This document shows, one piece after another, positions 49,116-58,990 of a stretch of DNA of 64,000 nt. Position 1 is the stretch's first letter, and every line of letters starts with the position of its first letter. A program made the translations under genes and the position numbers. The stretch is from an uncultured Planctomycetales bacterium (GTDB lineage: Bacteria > Planctomycetota > Phycisphaerae > UBA1845 > Fen-1342), in assembly GCA_964528455.1 (NCBI GenBank), contig CAZGTH010000013.1, positions 85,805 through 149,804 on the forward strand. The letters are read 5' to 3'. Under the pieces are notes generated by a model. The model did not search any database and was not told where the DNA came from. It was given only the letters and a program-made list of their open reading frames with translations.

Positions 49116-50536
49116 TCCACTCCCGACGCGTGGGCCAGGTAAAGCGCGGTCAGATAGATCGAGCTGACGATCAGCGTAATGAGCGTGACCGGGATAGCCG
49201 TGCGGACGAACTGCACGAAGGAAATCGGAACGCCGCGACTGCGCCCCACGGCGCAGGCGACCACATTGGCGGAGGCGCCGATCATCGTCGCATTGCCGCC
49301 GAAACACGCGCCCATCACCAGCGCCCACCACAGCAGGTGCGAACTCCCGTCGGACACCAGCGGCTCCGCGCTCATCATCCGCTGCAGGACCGGAATCATG
49401 ACGGCCACAAACGGAATATTGTCCACGAGACCGGACAAAATCGCCGACCCCCACAGAATCAGCATGATCAGCACCAGCGTGTTGTCGGTCAGCGAGACCA
49501 TCCACAGCGCGAGGCGCTCGAGAATCCCGACTTCTTCCATGGCGCCGACGACGATGAACAGACCGCTGAAGAACAACAGCGTCGGCCACTCCACATGATG
49601 GGCGACTTTATGGAAATCGACGCGGCGACCGAACACCACCAGCATCAGAATCGCGCCCGCGATCGCCACCATCGCCACGCTCAGATGCAGCCAGGTATGC
49701 GACAGGAACGCCGCGATCACGATCGCCATCACGCTCACCGCCCGGATCATCACGCTGGCGGGAATATGCAGTTCACGCTCCTGGCGACGGATCTGCTCCA
49801 GCATCAGATTGCTGGCGAACAGCCACGGGAAATCGCGCCGCCGCGACCGAATCCCGGGATTCGCCCACTTGAGGTAGATCAGCCCGAGCACGCCGGAGAC
49901 CAGCACCGGCGCCCACATGTATTTCAGGAATGAGCCGAAAGTCAGCTCGGGCACCTTCGTGCCGATCAGGATGTTGGGCGGGTCGCCGACCAGCGTCGCG
50001 GCGCCGCCGATGTTGGACAGGAATATGCAGCACAGCAGGAACGGCAGCGGATTCAACCCCATGCCGCGCGAAATCGAGATCACCAGCGGCGCCATGATCA
50101 ACACGGTCGTGACGTTGTCGAGAAACGCGGAGAAGACGGCCGTCGCCGCGCCAAACGAGATCAGAATCAGCACCGGACTGCCGCGCGAGAGGATCGCCAT
50201 CTTCAGCGCTACCCACTCGAAGACATGCACTTCCTGTACGCAGGCGACGAGCAGCATCATGCCGAGCAGCAATCCGATCGTCTCAAAGTCAACGTAATGG
50301 ATCGCTTTTTCGAACGTCAGGAACCCCGCCAGGACAATCACGGCCCCACCGGCAAGCGCCACGATCGCCTTGTCAATCTTGTCGAAGATGATGCCGGCGA
50401 AAACGGCAACAAAGATGCACAGCACGATCAACTGGTTGACCGGCGTGGCGATCAGGTGGGCGGGTTCAGCGCCGATGGATGCGACGATCATGAGGTGGTC
50501 AGGTCCGCAGCCCGAAACGGGTCGTGTAAGCGACAA
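49112..50536 (-). CDS. ArsB/NhaD/CitMHS-superfamily anion permease
   Basis: It has about 12 TM helices. The transporter shows the two-repeat architecture typical of citrate/arsenite permease-like proteins. Confidence 0.65.
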   Translation of the reverse strand: MSLTRPVSGCGPDHLMIVASIGAEPAHLIATPVNQLIVLCIFVAVFAGIIFDKIDKAIVALAGGAVIVLAGFLTFEKAIHYVDFETIGLLLGMMLLVACVQEVHVFEWVALKMAILSRGSPVLILISFGAATAVFSAFLDNVTTVLIMAPLVISISRGMGLNPLPFLLCCIFLSNIGGAATLVGDPPNILIGTKVPELTFGSFLKYMWAPVLVSGVLGLIYLKWANPGIRSRRRDFPWLFASNLMLEQIRRQERELHIPASVMIRAVSVMAIVIAAFLSHTWLHLSVAMVAIAGAILMLVVFGRRVDFHKVAHHVEWPTLLFFSGLFIVVGAMEEVGILERLALWMVSLTDNTLVLIMLILWGSAILSGLVDNIPFVAVMIPVLQRMMSAEPLVSDGSSHLLWWALVMGACFGGNATMIGASANVVACAVGRSRGVPISFVQFVRTAIPVTLITLIVSSIYLTALYLAHASGVE

Positions 50537-50641
50537 TGGGTCGCGTGGCGCAGCATCCGTGCATGCCGACCAAGTGTAGCGAGATGCGCCGCGTTCGCCA
50601 CTTCGCGACCGCGCCGATGATCGACCGCGTGGGTGTCGACG

Positions 50642-50869
50642 CTATTTCTGGCGGTACGTGATGCGGCCGCGTTTCAGGTCGTAGGGTGAAAGTTCGACCG
50701 TAACGCGATCACCGGGCAGGATACGAATGAAGTGCTTACGCATGCGGCCGGAGACGTGGGCCAGGACTTCGTGCTTATTCTCACCGACCTCGGCCTCTAC
50801 CAGAAACATCGCATTCGGCAGGGCCTTGATGACCGTCGCCTCCATTGAAATCGTGTCTTGACTCGACAA
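50642..50869 (-). CDS. infA: Translation initiation factor IF-1
   Basis: The sequence [61 protein letters not shown] matches IF-1. A TTG start 5 nt after GAGAGGAG gives 75 aa. The first ATG would give only 67 aa. Confidence 0.8.
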   Translation of the reverse strand: MSSQDTISMEATVIKALPNAMFLVEAEVGENKHEVLAHVSGRMRKHFIRILPGDRVTVELSPYDLKRGRITYRQK

Positions 50870-51068
50870 ACGGGCTCCTCTCAAGTTCGCGCGGTCGGAA
50901 TCAGCGCACACCTTAGGCGCCGACCGAAACCGCGACGAATCCTAGGCTCGCCAAACCCGCCCGTCAATTTTCTGCGGAAATTGCCGCCCCGCGCGGCCTA
51001 GCATTGAGCAGTTCGGGGCCGCGCCCCTTTCCGGGAACGGTCTGCCCCTACCTCCTCCTGCGGAGCCG

Positions 51069-51887
51069 ATGCGAATGACCCGTGCCGCTTTCACCCTGAC
51101 CGCTCTGGTCCTGTGCGCCGCCGATGCGCTCGCCGCCCACACCAACAACATCATGATTACCGGCTATTGGCCGCCAACCAACGAGATGGTCCGCCAGTTC
51201 AGCACCAGCGAAACCCAGAACCCCGACGGCTGGGCCGGTGGAAACTGGGAGGGCCGCGGCTACGACATCTACTCGTATTTCCCCGAGTTCCCCAACGGTG
51301 TCGGTCGCGGCGAGGGCGATCTCGAAGTCGATTATCAGGACACGTCCGAGGACTTCTGGCGGATCGTCAACGAGGTCCAGCCGGTCGCGCTCATCACATT
51401 CAGCCGCGGGCGCAGCGGCCGGAACTGGGAAGTCGAAGGCGTGCAGCGGAACCTGCAAAACTGGGTGAACGACTACACGGCCCCCTTCCAGCCGACGCCC
51501 TCTCCGCCGGACCCGAGCGTGCCGGCCGGCCATGTGCGACCCTCCACCCTGCCCATGCAGGACATCGTCGATCGCCTGGAAGACGAGTACCCGGTCATCA
51601 ACCCTTTCATCGACGCCGACGGCTTCGGCGGTGGTTTCCTGAGCGAATTCATCGCGTATCACGGCGTGTGGTATCAATCGCTGCACAGCGATCCGGCCGA
51701 CCCCGCCTGGAGCGTGGCAGCGGGACATATCCATGTCGGGACGAGCGTCACGACGCAGCAGGGAATCCGCGCCACGGAGATTACCTTGCGGACGCTGCTG
51801 GATTACGTCGACACGATCGTGCCGGAGCCGACATCGTTCGCACTGATGGCGTCATTGGGGCTGCTGACCGTTCGCCGCCGCCGCTAG
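51069..51887 (+). CDS. PEP-CTERM sorting-domain protein with a pyroglutamyl-peptidase (C15)-like fold
   Basis: A signal peptide is present. The C-terminal sorting signal is IVPEPTSFALMASLGLLTVRRRR. Blocks MITGYWPP, PVALITFSRGRSGRNWEVE, and STLPMQDIV resemble C15. Confidence 0.6.
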   Translation: MRMTRAAFTLTALVLCAADALAAHTNNIMITGYWPPTNEMVRQFSTSETQNPDGWAGGNWEGRGYDIYSYFPEFPNGVGRGEGDLEVDYQDTSEDFWRIVNEVQPVALITFSRGRSGRNWEVEGVQRNLQNWVNDYTAPFQPTPSPPDPSVPAGHVRPSTLPMQDIVDRLEDEYPVINPFIDADGFGGGFLSEFIAYHGVWYQSLHSDPADPAWSVAAGHIHVGTSVTTQQGIRATEITLRTLLDYVDTIVPEPTSFALMASLGLLTVRRRR

Positions 51888-51981
51888 GCAATCGCCCGCG
51901 TCGTTCCGGGCGTCTCTGCTTCGGGCGGTCCGGGCATCCCCGCGTGGGTGGTCCGGGCGTCTCGTCCGGACGAGCGATCGC

Positions 51982-53586
51982 TTACTCGCAGCCGGTCCCG
52001 AACTCCGCCAGCAGACCCGCGAGGTCCGCCAGATCAACGCAGCCGCTGCCGTCGCCGTCGGCAAACCAGTTGAAGCCCGCGTCGCTCTCGCACGCGCCAA
52101 AGACCGCCAGCAGCCCGGCCAGGTCAGCCAGATCGACGCAGCCGTCGCCGGTCAGATCGCCGCCGCGCGGAACCTGCGATTCCAGCGCATTCTGTTCATC
52201 GGTGATCGGGAACAGCGCTTCGAGCGCTTCATCAAAGCGGCGGTTCCAGGCGGCTTCGTTATGGGCGTCGCCGAAACCGATCTGAAAGAACAAATCCCGA
52301 TTCAGCGTGCGACCCGCCGCCAACGCCCCGTCGCGCGCCGCGACCGTCGCGTCACCGCCATCACTCTGATCGCCGGCGTCCAGATAGAGCACGACGTTCG
52401 GATCGAGCAGCCCGGCGCTCAGGTCATCATCGAATGTCGTGGCCCAGAACGAGGTGGACATCGCCGCGCCGCGACCGAACACATCTGGATGATTGAAGAG
52501 CAATGACAGCGTCGCGACACCGCCGAAGCTCGATCCACAAACGCCGGTATGCCGCGCACCCGGCAAGGTGCGGTAGTTTGCGTCGATTTGCGGCTTGAGC
52601 TCATTGACGATGAAACTGTTATACGCCGCGTTGATCGAGCCGCTCCAATGCGGGTTGTACTCTGTCAGTCGATTCGACGAGTTGTCGATCGCGACAATGA
52701 TGATCTCGCGAATCTGCGCCTCGTTGATCAGTTCATCCGCAATCGCCTCAGCCCCCCAGGATCCAAAAGGCCCGCCGGGCAGGAAGCAATTCTGCCCGTC
52801 GTGCATATAGAGCACAGGATAGCTGCGCTCGGGATGGGCCTCGTAACCGCGCGGCAGGTAAACCTGATAGCCGCGCCCGGTTTGCCCGCCGACGGACCGC
52901 GTGGCGACGATCGTCGTCGTCGGCACGACTCCCTCCAGCTTGTTTCCGAAGTTCGTCGCGGTATCCAGCGCCACATAGTTGTATTTGCGATTGCCGCGCC
53001 GCATCACCACGTGCAACGGCGTATCAATCGTGGCGGCGCCGACGGTCGCCTCGATCCCGGCCCCGTTCGGCTGCCCGGCGAGGCGCGCGACTTTCAGGTC
53101 TGATCCGGGCAGCGCAGCGAGCAACGGCTTGGCCACACTGCCGCCGCCGACCGTGAAGAGAACCTCCGGCGCCGTGGTATCGCCCGGAACAAACACATAC
53201 AAATCGCGCGTCGCGGGAATCGGCGCATCAGTGGCGCCCGCGAACGGGCCGGCGATCACCACCCCGTTCGTCGGATCGGAAAGGCGACTGACGGCGTCCT
53301 CGCGCACGAGGTATGAATAATTGAACGAGGCCCCTTGGGGAATCGCGATGTCGATGGACCAATCCAGCCCCCCGCCTCCGTCAGGCTGCGGAATGAGCTT
53401 CACCGCCTTGCGGATGTTGTTTCCGCCAAGTTCGGGCCGATTGCCCAGCACGAACACGCTGTCGCCGGGCGTCGTCAGGTAATTGATGCTGAAAGTGAGC
53501 GTCTGGCTCGGCACGCCGTCCGCGTGGGCCAGTGAAACGCCCAGGATCATCCCCAGCGCCACCATCAACGATTTCGATCCGCACAT
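51982..53586 (-). CDS. Secreted esterase (PF00756-like) with an N-terminal carbohydrate-binding-like domain and a C-terminal tandem dockerin-like module
   Basis: The start is chosen at MCGSKS with a signal peptide. Motifs YPVLYMHDGQN and GVCGSSFGG (GxSxG) are visible. The C-terminus is GDLTGDGCVDLADLAGLLAVFGAC...CVDLADLAGLLAEFGTGC. Confidence 0.65.
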   Translation of the reverse strand: MCGSKSLMVALGMILGVSLAHADGVPSQTLTFSINYLTTPGDSVFVLGNRPELGGNNIRKAVKLIPQPDGGGGLDWSIDIAIPQGASFNYSYLVREDAVSRLSDPTNGVVIAGPFAGATDAPIPATRDLYVFVPGDTTAPEVLFTVGGGSVAKPLLAALPGSDLKVARLAGQPNGAGIEATVGAATIDTPLHVVMRRGNRKYNYVALDTATNFGNKLEGVVPTTTIVATRSVGGQTGRGYQVYLPRGYEAHPERSYPVLYMHDGQNCFLPGGPFGSWGAEAIADELINEAQIREIIIVAIDNSSNRLTEYNPHWSGSINAAYNSFIVNELKPQIDANYRTLPGARHTGVCGSSFGGVATLSLLFNHPDVFGRGAAMSTSFWATTFDDDLSAGLLDPNVVLYLDAGDQSDGGDATVAARDGALAAGRTLNRDLFFQIGFGDAHNEAAWNRRFDEALEALFPITDEQNALESQVPRGGDLTGDGCVDLADLAGLLAVFGACESDAGFNWFADGDGSGCVDLADLAGLLAEFGTGCE

Positions 53587-53642
53587 GGGCGAACGCCCTC
53601 CCGTCCGTTCGGCGACCTTCGAAGCCTGATTGTAGCGAGTCG

Positions 53643-54728
53643 TCAAATCGGCAGCCGCCGCTGGTAGCGGCGATAACTGAGGCCCAGGACGCGCCCCAAC
53701 GCGTAGGCGCAATAGAACACAAAAAATGGCGCGATCGCAAAAGCCATCGGTTGCCCAAGGGCGAACTGGAAGAGTCCGCTCCACAGCCACAACATGCCGT
53801 ACACCAGTCCCCACCATAGCACATAACTCGGCCCGATCGCGACGAGGCAGCGGATCAGAAAATCCGGCCGCAGCGCGCGGATCGAATCGCCCAGCGCCAC
53901 GGCAAAAACCGACACAGGCCAAAAGAACCAGCCGGCCGCGATCAGAAAGTGGAATGTCAGCACCGGACGACTCACGGCGGGCCCCCACCAACCCATCGCA
54001 AACGCCGGAAGCGTGCAGAGACACGAAATGAACAGCAGGTAAATCAGGGGTCGAACGCCGTCGTCGAACGGGTTCCAGTTCTCGGTCATGCTCAGCTCAT
54101 CCTCGCCGTTCGCCGAGTGGAACAGCGTCGACCACATCAGGTGAGCGGCGTAACCCGCCATCGCCGTCAGCCCGAGCAGGATCAGCACCGGCCGCGCGAA
54201 ACCGAGCAGCGGGGCAAATCCAATTCCAGCCAGCAGAATGGCGCATCCAAGGGCGGACAGAAACACGACCAGCAGATTCTTCGGGGATCGGCCCACTGTC
54301 AGCGCGTCGAGGAAGTCCATGATCGCGGGATCGTCGGGTCGCCAACCGCCACCCGACGCCGCCAACCGTTCGTTGACGTCCTTAATCGCCCCCTTGAATG
54401 ATTGCCGGCCGATGGCGGCGCTGATCTGGGCGTCGGGATTCGTATATCGGCTCTTGAACGTCAGCCCCGGACGCGCGCCACGCTCCGCCAGCCGCAGCCC
54501 ACCGCCCTCCAGCGGGACCACATACGGCTCTTCCAGCGCCACGTCGGACTTCAGCAGGATGACTTCGTCGCCGCCGTCCGCGAGGCGCAGGTCCGCCTCC
54601 GAAATCGTGATCGTCCGGCCGCAACTGGGACACGCCACGGCCGAGTTGCGGGTCGCGTGCCGCACGCGATAGCGACGTCCGCATATGCAGCGTCCGCGCA
54701 CGAAGATTTCAGCGGTGGGTTCGGCCAT
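53643..54728 (-). CDS. Hypothetical polytopic membrane protein with an N-terminal zinc-ribbon
   Basis: The N-terminal CICG...CPSCG ribbon is followed by about 7 TM helices. The start is chosen at MAEPTAEIF. Confidence 0.45.
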   Translation of the reverse strand: MAEPTAEIFVRGRCICGRRYRVRHATRNSAVACPSCGRTITISEADLRLADGGDEVILLKSDVALEEPYVVPLEGGGLRLAERGARPGLTFKSRYTNPDAQISAAIGRQSFKGAIKDVNERLAASGGGWRPDDPAIMDFLDALTVGRSPKNLLVVFLSALGCAILLAGIGFAPLLGFARPVLILLGLTAMAGYAAHLMWSTLFHSANGEDELSMTENWNPFDDGVRPLIYLLFISCLCTLPAFAMGWWGPAVSRPVLTFHFLIAAGWFFWPVSVFAVALGDSIRALRPDFLIRCLVAIGPSYVLWWGLVYGMLWLWSGLFQFALGQPMAFAIAPFFVFYCAYALGRVLGLSYRRYQRRLPI

Positions 54729-55118
54729 GGGCGACAATGCTCCGATTACGCGCCACCGCGGCGCGTGTGACGCGGACATTATAGGGCGGCGCGCCGGGCG
54801 CGCGGCGCTATGCGATCGGGCCCTGTTTGTAATCGCGTCTGATATGCCGCGAAAATTTGCCGATTGCGACCCCCTGTCCGCATTCGGCTTGATTGCGCCG
54901 CATCCGCCGCCAAGTATCACACATCCGAGCCTGAGGCGCGTCGCGCTCACCGCGTGAACACCGCCAACCACAGGCGTTGAGGTGCGCAGCCCGGTCGACG
55001 CCGGCGCTGTGCGGCGCGGCGAACGGAATCGTCCAGAACGACAACCTGATGGATCACACGGCGGCCGCCCTCCGCGCGGCGTCCGCTGAGCGAGGAATCC
55101 GCGCGCGGGGGGAAAGCC

Positions 55119-56108
55119 ATGCGTTCGTTTCTGATGCGCGCCGCGGTCTGCGGCGTCAGCGCGATCGGTCTATGCGGTTCGGCGTGGGCGGAGCCGGTGA
55201 TGGCCCCGGGGCTCGGGCTGGAAACATGGGCGAATGTCACCGATCCGGTGACGCTGGCGTTCGCGCCAAACGGAGAAGCGTTCATCGGTCGCGATCCGGC
55301 CGGCTCGGGCGGATCCTCCTTCGCGGCGACGCGGATTCATCGCGTGGGCGCGGCCGGTGGCGCTGGCGCCGAGTTTGGCGCGGAAGTTCCTGATCCTGAC
55401 GCGGTCGCCTACGACGTGAGCGGCGCCATTACCGGCATCGCCGGATCAGTCATCACCGGTGGCAAGAGCACAGGCGGCGTGCTGTATGCCATCGCTCCCA
55501 GCGGCGCCGCGACGATTCTCGCGGGGCCGACGAGCGCGTTCGACAATCCGAACGACATGGTGGTCGATGGCAGTCGACTGTTGTTTACGGACATCAGCCG
55601 CAACGACGTCAAGTCTTTCAGCAATGGCGCCGTCAGCACGTTGTTCAGCCTGCCCTATCGCACGATCGCGATTGACACGCATAAACCGACCGGCGCGATC
55701 TTCACGAGCAACGAACACGGCGATGTGAGCGTTCACACCACAACTGGCCAACTGACGATGGCGGCGTACGCGTCGGGTCTCGGCACGCAGCCGGCGATCG
55801 CCGTCGAGCCGGAGAACTCGCTGTTTCTGCCGATGGACGACGAGGGCGGCGGCGTGATCATCAATCGCGGCGCGACGCTGCCGGCGCTGTTCACGCTCGG
55901 CGCGGGTGAGCTGCGCCGCTACACCGGGCCCGGGCAGTATGAAGTCCTGGGCACAGGATTTGACCCGATGTGGGATATCGCCTTTGGCCCGGACGGCGCG
56001 CTGTACCTGGCGGACTTCAATAGTGACCGCGTGCTGCGCGTCGTGCCGGAGCCGAGCGCGCTGGCGTTGCTCGCCGTCGGCGGATTGATGGTCCTGCGGC
56101 GAAGGTAA
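55119..56108 (+). CDS. PEP-CTERM sorting-domain protein (NHL/SMP-30-like beta-propeller)
   Basis: A signal peptide is present. The C-terminal sorting signal is VVPEPSALALLAVGGLMVLRRR. The sequence GALYLADFNSDRVLRV is repeat-like. Confidence 0.65.
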   Translation: MRSFLMRAAVCGVSAIGLCGSAWAEPVMAPGLGLETWANVTDPVTLAFAPNGEAFIGRDPAGSGGSSFAATRIHRVGAAGGAGAEFGAEVPDPDAVAYDVSGAITGIAGSVITGGKSTGGVLYAIAPSGAATILAGPTSAFDNPNDMVVDGSRLLFTDISRNDVKSFSNGAVSTLFSLPYRTIAIDTHKPTGAIFTSNEHGDVSVHTTTGQLTMAAYASGLGTQPAIAVEPENSLFLPMDDEGGGVIINRGATLPALFTLGAGELRRYTGPGQYEVLGTGFDPMWDIAFGPDGALYLADFNSDRVLRVVPEPSALALLAVGGLMVLRRR

Positions 56109-56142
56109 GCCGGGCGGTTTCGAAAACGATCTACTCTCCTCC

Positions 56143-56186
56143 CGAAACCTGCGCCCGCTCCGGTCAGCCTCACCGGAGCGGGCCGG
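56143..56186 (+). terminator. Rho-independent terminator after the PEP-CTERM gene
   Basis: The hairpin GCCCGCTCCGGT..ACCGGAGCGGGC is followed by GGTTTCTTTG. Confidence 0.5.
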
Positions 56187-56347
56187 TTTCTTTGTCCCTG
56201 AGCGGTTTCGCTATGCGCGCGGCGCCCGGTCCCTCCCTCCGCACTGCCGCAGAAAGAGGCCCGGCGACGCCCGAGCTTGCGCCCAACACGTCGCCGGGGA
56301 GGCGAGAAGAGCTGTTACCATCTATAACGACAAATCACGTCGTCCCG

Positions 56348-57667
56348 TCACGCCAAATTGTCTTCTGATTTTCCGATTTTTCCGGCCAATTGCTGACTGA
56401 CGCCCTTCAGGTCGACACCCAGCACCGTCTCGATTGTCGCCAGCGACTCCGCCAGCATCTTCGCGCGGCTCAGCGCCGCTGAGGTCACCGCCGAGCCGTT
56501 TCCGCCGTCAATCACCGTCACGTTGCCAAGGTCGACGTTCTGAATCGTCTTCGCCATTTCCTGCACGATATTCGGCAGCATCTCGACCATCATCACCTGC
56601 AGGGCCTGCGGGTGCTGCTCGATCGCCTTTCCGATCATCTCGATCGAGGCCGATCGCGCCCGGCCCTCTTCAAGCGTGCGCGCGGCCGCGCCTTCTGCTT
56701 GGGCCCGCGACACGTCGCGAGCCGCGAGCGCCGCCTGCACCTGCGAAGCGTTCAGGCGGGCGTTCTCTGCCTGCGCGACCTCCTTCTGCTGCTCGGTTTC
56801 CTTGATCGCCGCTTCGCGCTCCAGTTCCGCCCGGCGGATACGCAGATCGTTCTCGGCCTCGGCGACGGCCTTGTCGGCCGAGATGCGCGCCTGTTCGGCC
56901 CGCTGCCGCGAGATGGCCTCCGAGGCCCGGGCTTCCGCGTCGCGCTCGGCCTTCGCCGTTCGCGCCGCCGCGCCGGCCTCGGCTTCCTTGATGACGGCTT
57001 CAGAGGCGCGCTCCGCCTCCGACTTCCGCGCCGCTGAGATCACCTCGGCCCGCGCCTTGCGGGCGATCGACTCGAGATAGCTCTCTTCGTCGTGAATGTT
57101 CTGAATGTTGACGCTGTCAATCAGCAGGCCAAGCTTGCGAAAGTCGTCCGTCACCTCCTGCATCACCGTCGCGACGAATTTGTCGCGGTCGCTGACGATT
57201 TCTTCCGGCGTCATCTTCCCGATCACCGCCCGCAGGCCGCCTTCCAGCGTTTCCCGCGCGACCCGCTGTAATTCATCCGACGGCTGACCGAGAAACCGCT
57301 CAATCGCGTTGGCCCTTTCGATCGGATCGGACGACACTTTCACATTCGCCACGCCCGTCACCGTCACGGGAATCATGGTGCCGCCGCCCGCCTGGGCCTT
57401 GACCTCGAGCCCCACCTGCATGTTGCGCAGGCTCAGGCGCGACACGCGGGTAATGATCGGGATGACGATCTTGCGTCCGCCGATCAACGTCTCGTAACCG
57501 ACACCGTCGGTCTGCCGACGACCGGCGATAATCAGAATCTCATTCGGATTGCCAACGACGATCAGCTTGAAGACCGCGATAATCACGGTGACGATCGCGA
57601 ACAGCACGGCCAGGCCGATCCATACCGGCGTAGGAATCGAGCTTGCGGCCAGCGTCAGGTATTGCAT
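56348..57667 (-). CDS. Flotillin-like SPFH/band-7 protein
   Basis: An N-terminal TM helix is present. An SPFH domain is followed by a long Ala/Glu-rich coiled coil. Confidence 0.85.
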   Translation of the reverse strand: MQYLTLAASSIPTPVWIGLAVLFAIVTVIIAVFKLIVVGNPNEILIIAGRRQTDGVGYETLIGGRKIVIPIITRVSRLSLRNMQVGLEVKAQAGGGTMIPVTVTGVANVKVSSDPIERANAIERFLGQPSDELQRVARETLEGGLRAVIGKMTPEEIVSDRDKFVATVMQEVTDDFRKLGLLIDSVNIQNIHDEESYLESIARKARAEVISAARKSEAERASEAVIKEAEAGAAARTAKAERDAEARASEAISRQRAEQARISADKAVAEAENDLRIRRAELEREAAIKETEQQKEVAQAENARLNASQVQAALAARDVSRAQAEGAAARTLEEGRARSASIEMIGKAIEQHPQALQVMMVEMLPNIVQEMAKTIQNVDLGNVTVIDGGNGSAVTSAALSRAKMLAESLATIETVLGVDLKGVSQQLAGKIGKSEDNLA

Positions 57668-57726
57668 GGGCGGTTCTCCTGCCTCAAGGGGTTTGCACGA
57701 CCGAACTGAAAAGAGACGCTCGCCGC

Positions 57727-58368
57727 TCAGGCCGGCGCTTCATCCGGACTGACGACTTCCGCCACGCCCGCGCGATAAGCGACGACAAACACGCGCGCGC
57801 CGATCGGGAACTGCCCATTGTCATGGGCCCCCATCGCGGGCACATAGCGCTCCGCGCCACGCACCTGCAGCGCGACTTCACCGCGGCGACCGGCCTCAAT
57901 CGCGATCGATACACGACCGATGCGGTTCACATAGTCCTCCGAACGCGTCGCGCTGTTTCCGGAGTTGACCTGTACCGAACGACGAATCTGATGCGCCGCC
58001 TGGCCGATGAGCCCGCCGCCAATCAGCGCGCCGAGCAATGAACCAACCGGTCCCACCTCGGCCACGGACGCCAGCAGCAGGCCGACCGCGCCGAACGCGA
58101 ACAGGAAGTACACCAGGAAACTGAAGCTCAGCCATGTCGCCAGCGACGAAACGCCGGCGGCGGCGCCGACATCGGCATGCCCGATATCGCCATGGCTGAT
58201 GTCCACGTCGGCGTCGAGTTCGACATCTCCGCCAAACATGTCGCCCAGCGACAGCGTGGACAGCGCCACGAGGCCGCCGCCCACGATCAGCGTGATCCAG
58301 TAGGTTCCGATCGCCATGGCCGACCAGTCGGCCGCCAGCATCCCGGTCCACATAGTGGGTTCCTCCAT
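57727..58368 (-). CDS. NfeD-like membrane protein
   Basis: TM helices precede a C-terminal OB-fold-like segment. It sits upstream of the flotillin on the same strand, the classic nfeD-flotillin arrangement. Confidence 0.65.
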   Translation of the reverse strand: MEEPTMWTGMLAADWSAMAIGTYWITLIVGGGLVALSTLSLGDMFGGDVELDADVDISHGDIGHADVGAAAGVSSLATWLSFSFLVYFLFAFGAVGLLLASVAEVGPVGSLLGALIGGGLIGQAAHQIRRSVQVNSGNSATRSEDYVNRIGRVSIAIEAGRRGEVALQVRGAERYVPAMGAHDNGQFPIGARVFVVAYRAGVAEVVSPDEAPA

Positions 58369-58563
58369 CGGCGGAACACGCCGCCGCGTTACCACAAGAT
58401 TACAGTCGCGCGATCCGGGCGCCATAAGAAACGCGGGCAATTATCCGAATCGGGGCCCGGGCGTACCGCCCCGAGGGGGCTGGGCGGATTCGATTGCTCG
58501 TTACAATTCGCCGCCGATTCCGGCGCCGCTCAGGCCTGCGCCAACATTCAGGGGGAAACGCCG

Positions 58564-58920
58564 ATGCCGGTACTCGCAAAGACCGTGGTGCTGCTGGCGA
58601 TTTCGAACGTCTTTATGACCTTCGCTTGGTACGCCCACTTGAAGGAGCTTAATCACAAGCCTTGGATCGTCGCGGCGCTGATCAGTTGGGGCGTGGCGCT
58701 GTTCGAGTACCTGTTCCAGGTTCCCGCCAATCGAATCGGACACACCGCCTTCAGCGTTGCGCAACTGAAGATCTTGCAGGAGGTGATCACGCTGACGGTC
58801 TTTGTGCCGTTCTCGATCTTCTATCTGCGCGAGGCGATCCGGATGGACTACCTGTGGGCCGGGCTTTGCATGGTCGGGGCCGTGTACTTCATGTTTCGCG
58901 GCGGCGCTGCGTCAGCCTGA
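58564..58920 (+). CDS. DMT-superfamily small membrane protein (DUF486-like)
   Basis: The 118-aa protein has 4 TM helices. The start is chosen at MPVLAK. Confidence 0.55.
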   Translation: MPVLAKTVVLLAISNVFMTFAWYAHLKELNHKPWIVAALISWGVALFEYLFQVPANRIGHTAFSVAQLKILQEVITLTVFVPFSIFYLREAIRMDYLWAGLCMVGAVYFMFRGGAASA

Positions 58921-58990
58921 GGCCCGGATGCCGACAACCCGCGGATTGGCGTATACTTCGCGCTTTCGACCAACGCTGAGGGGAAAGCCC

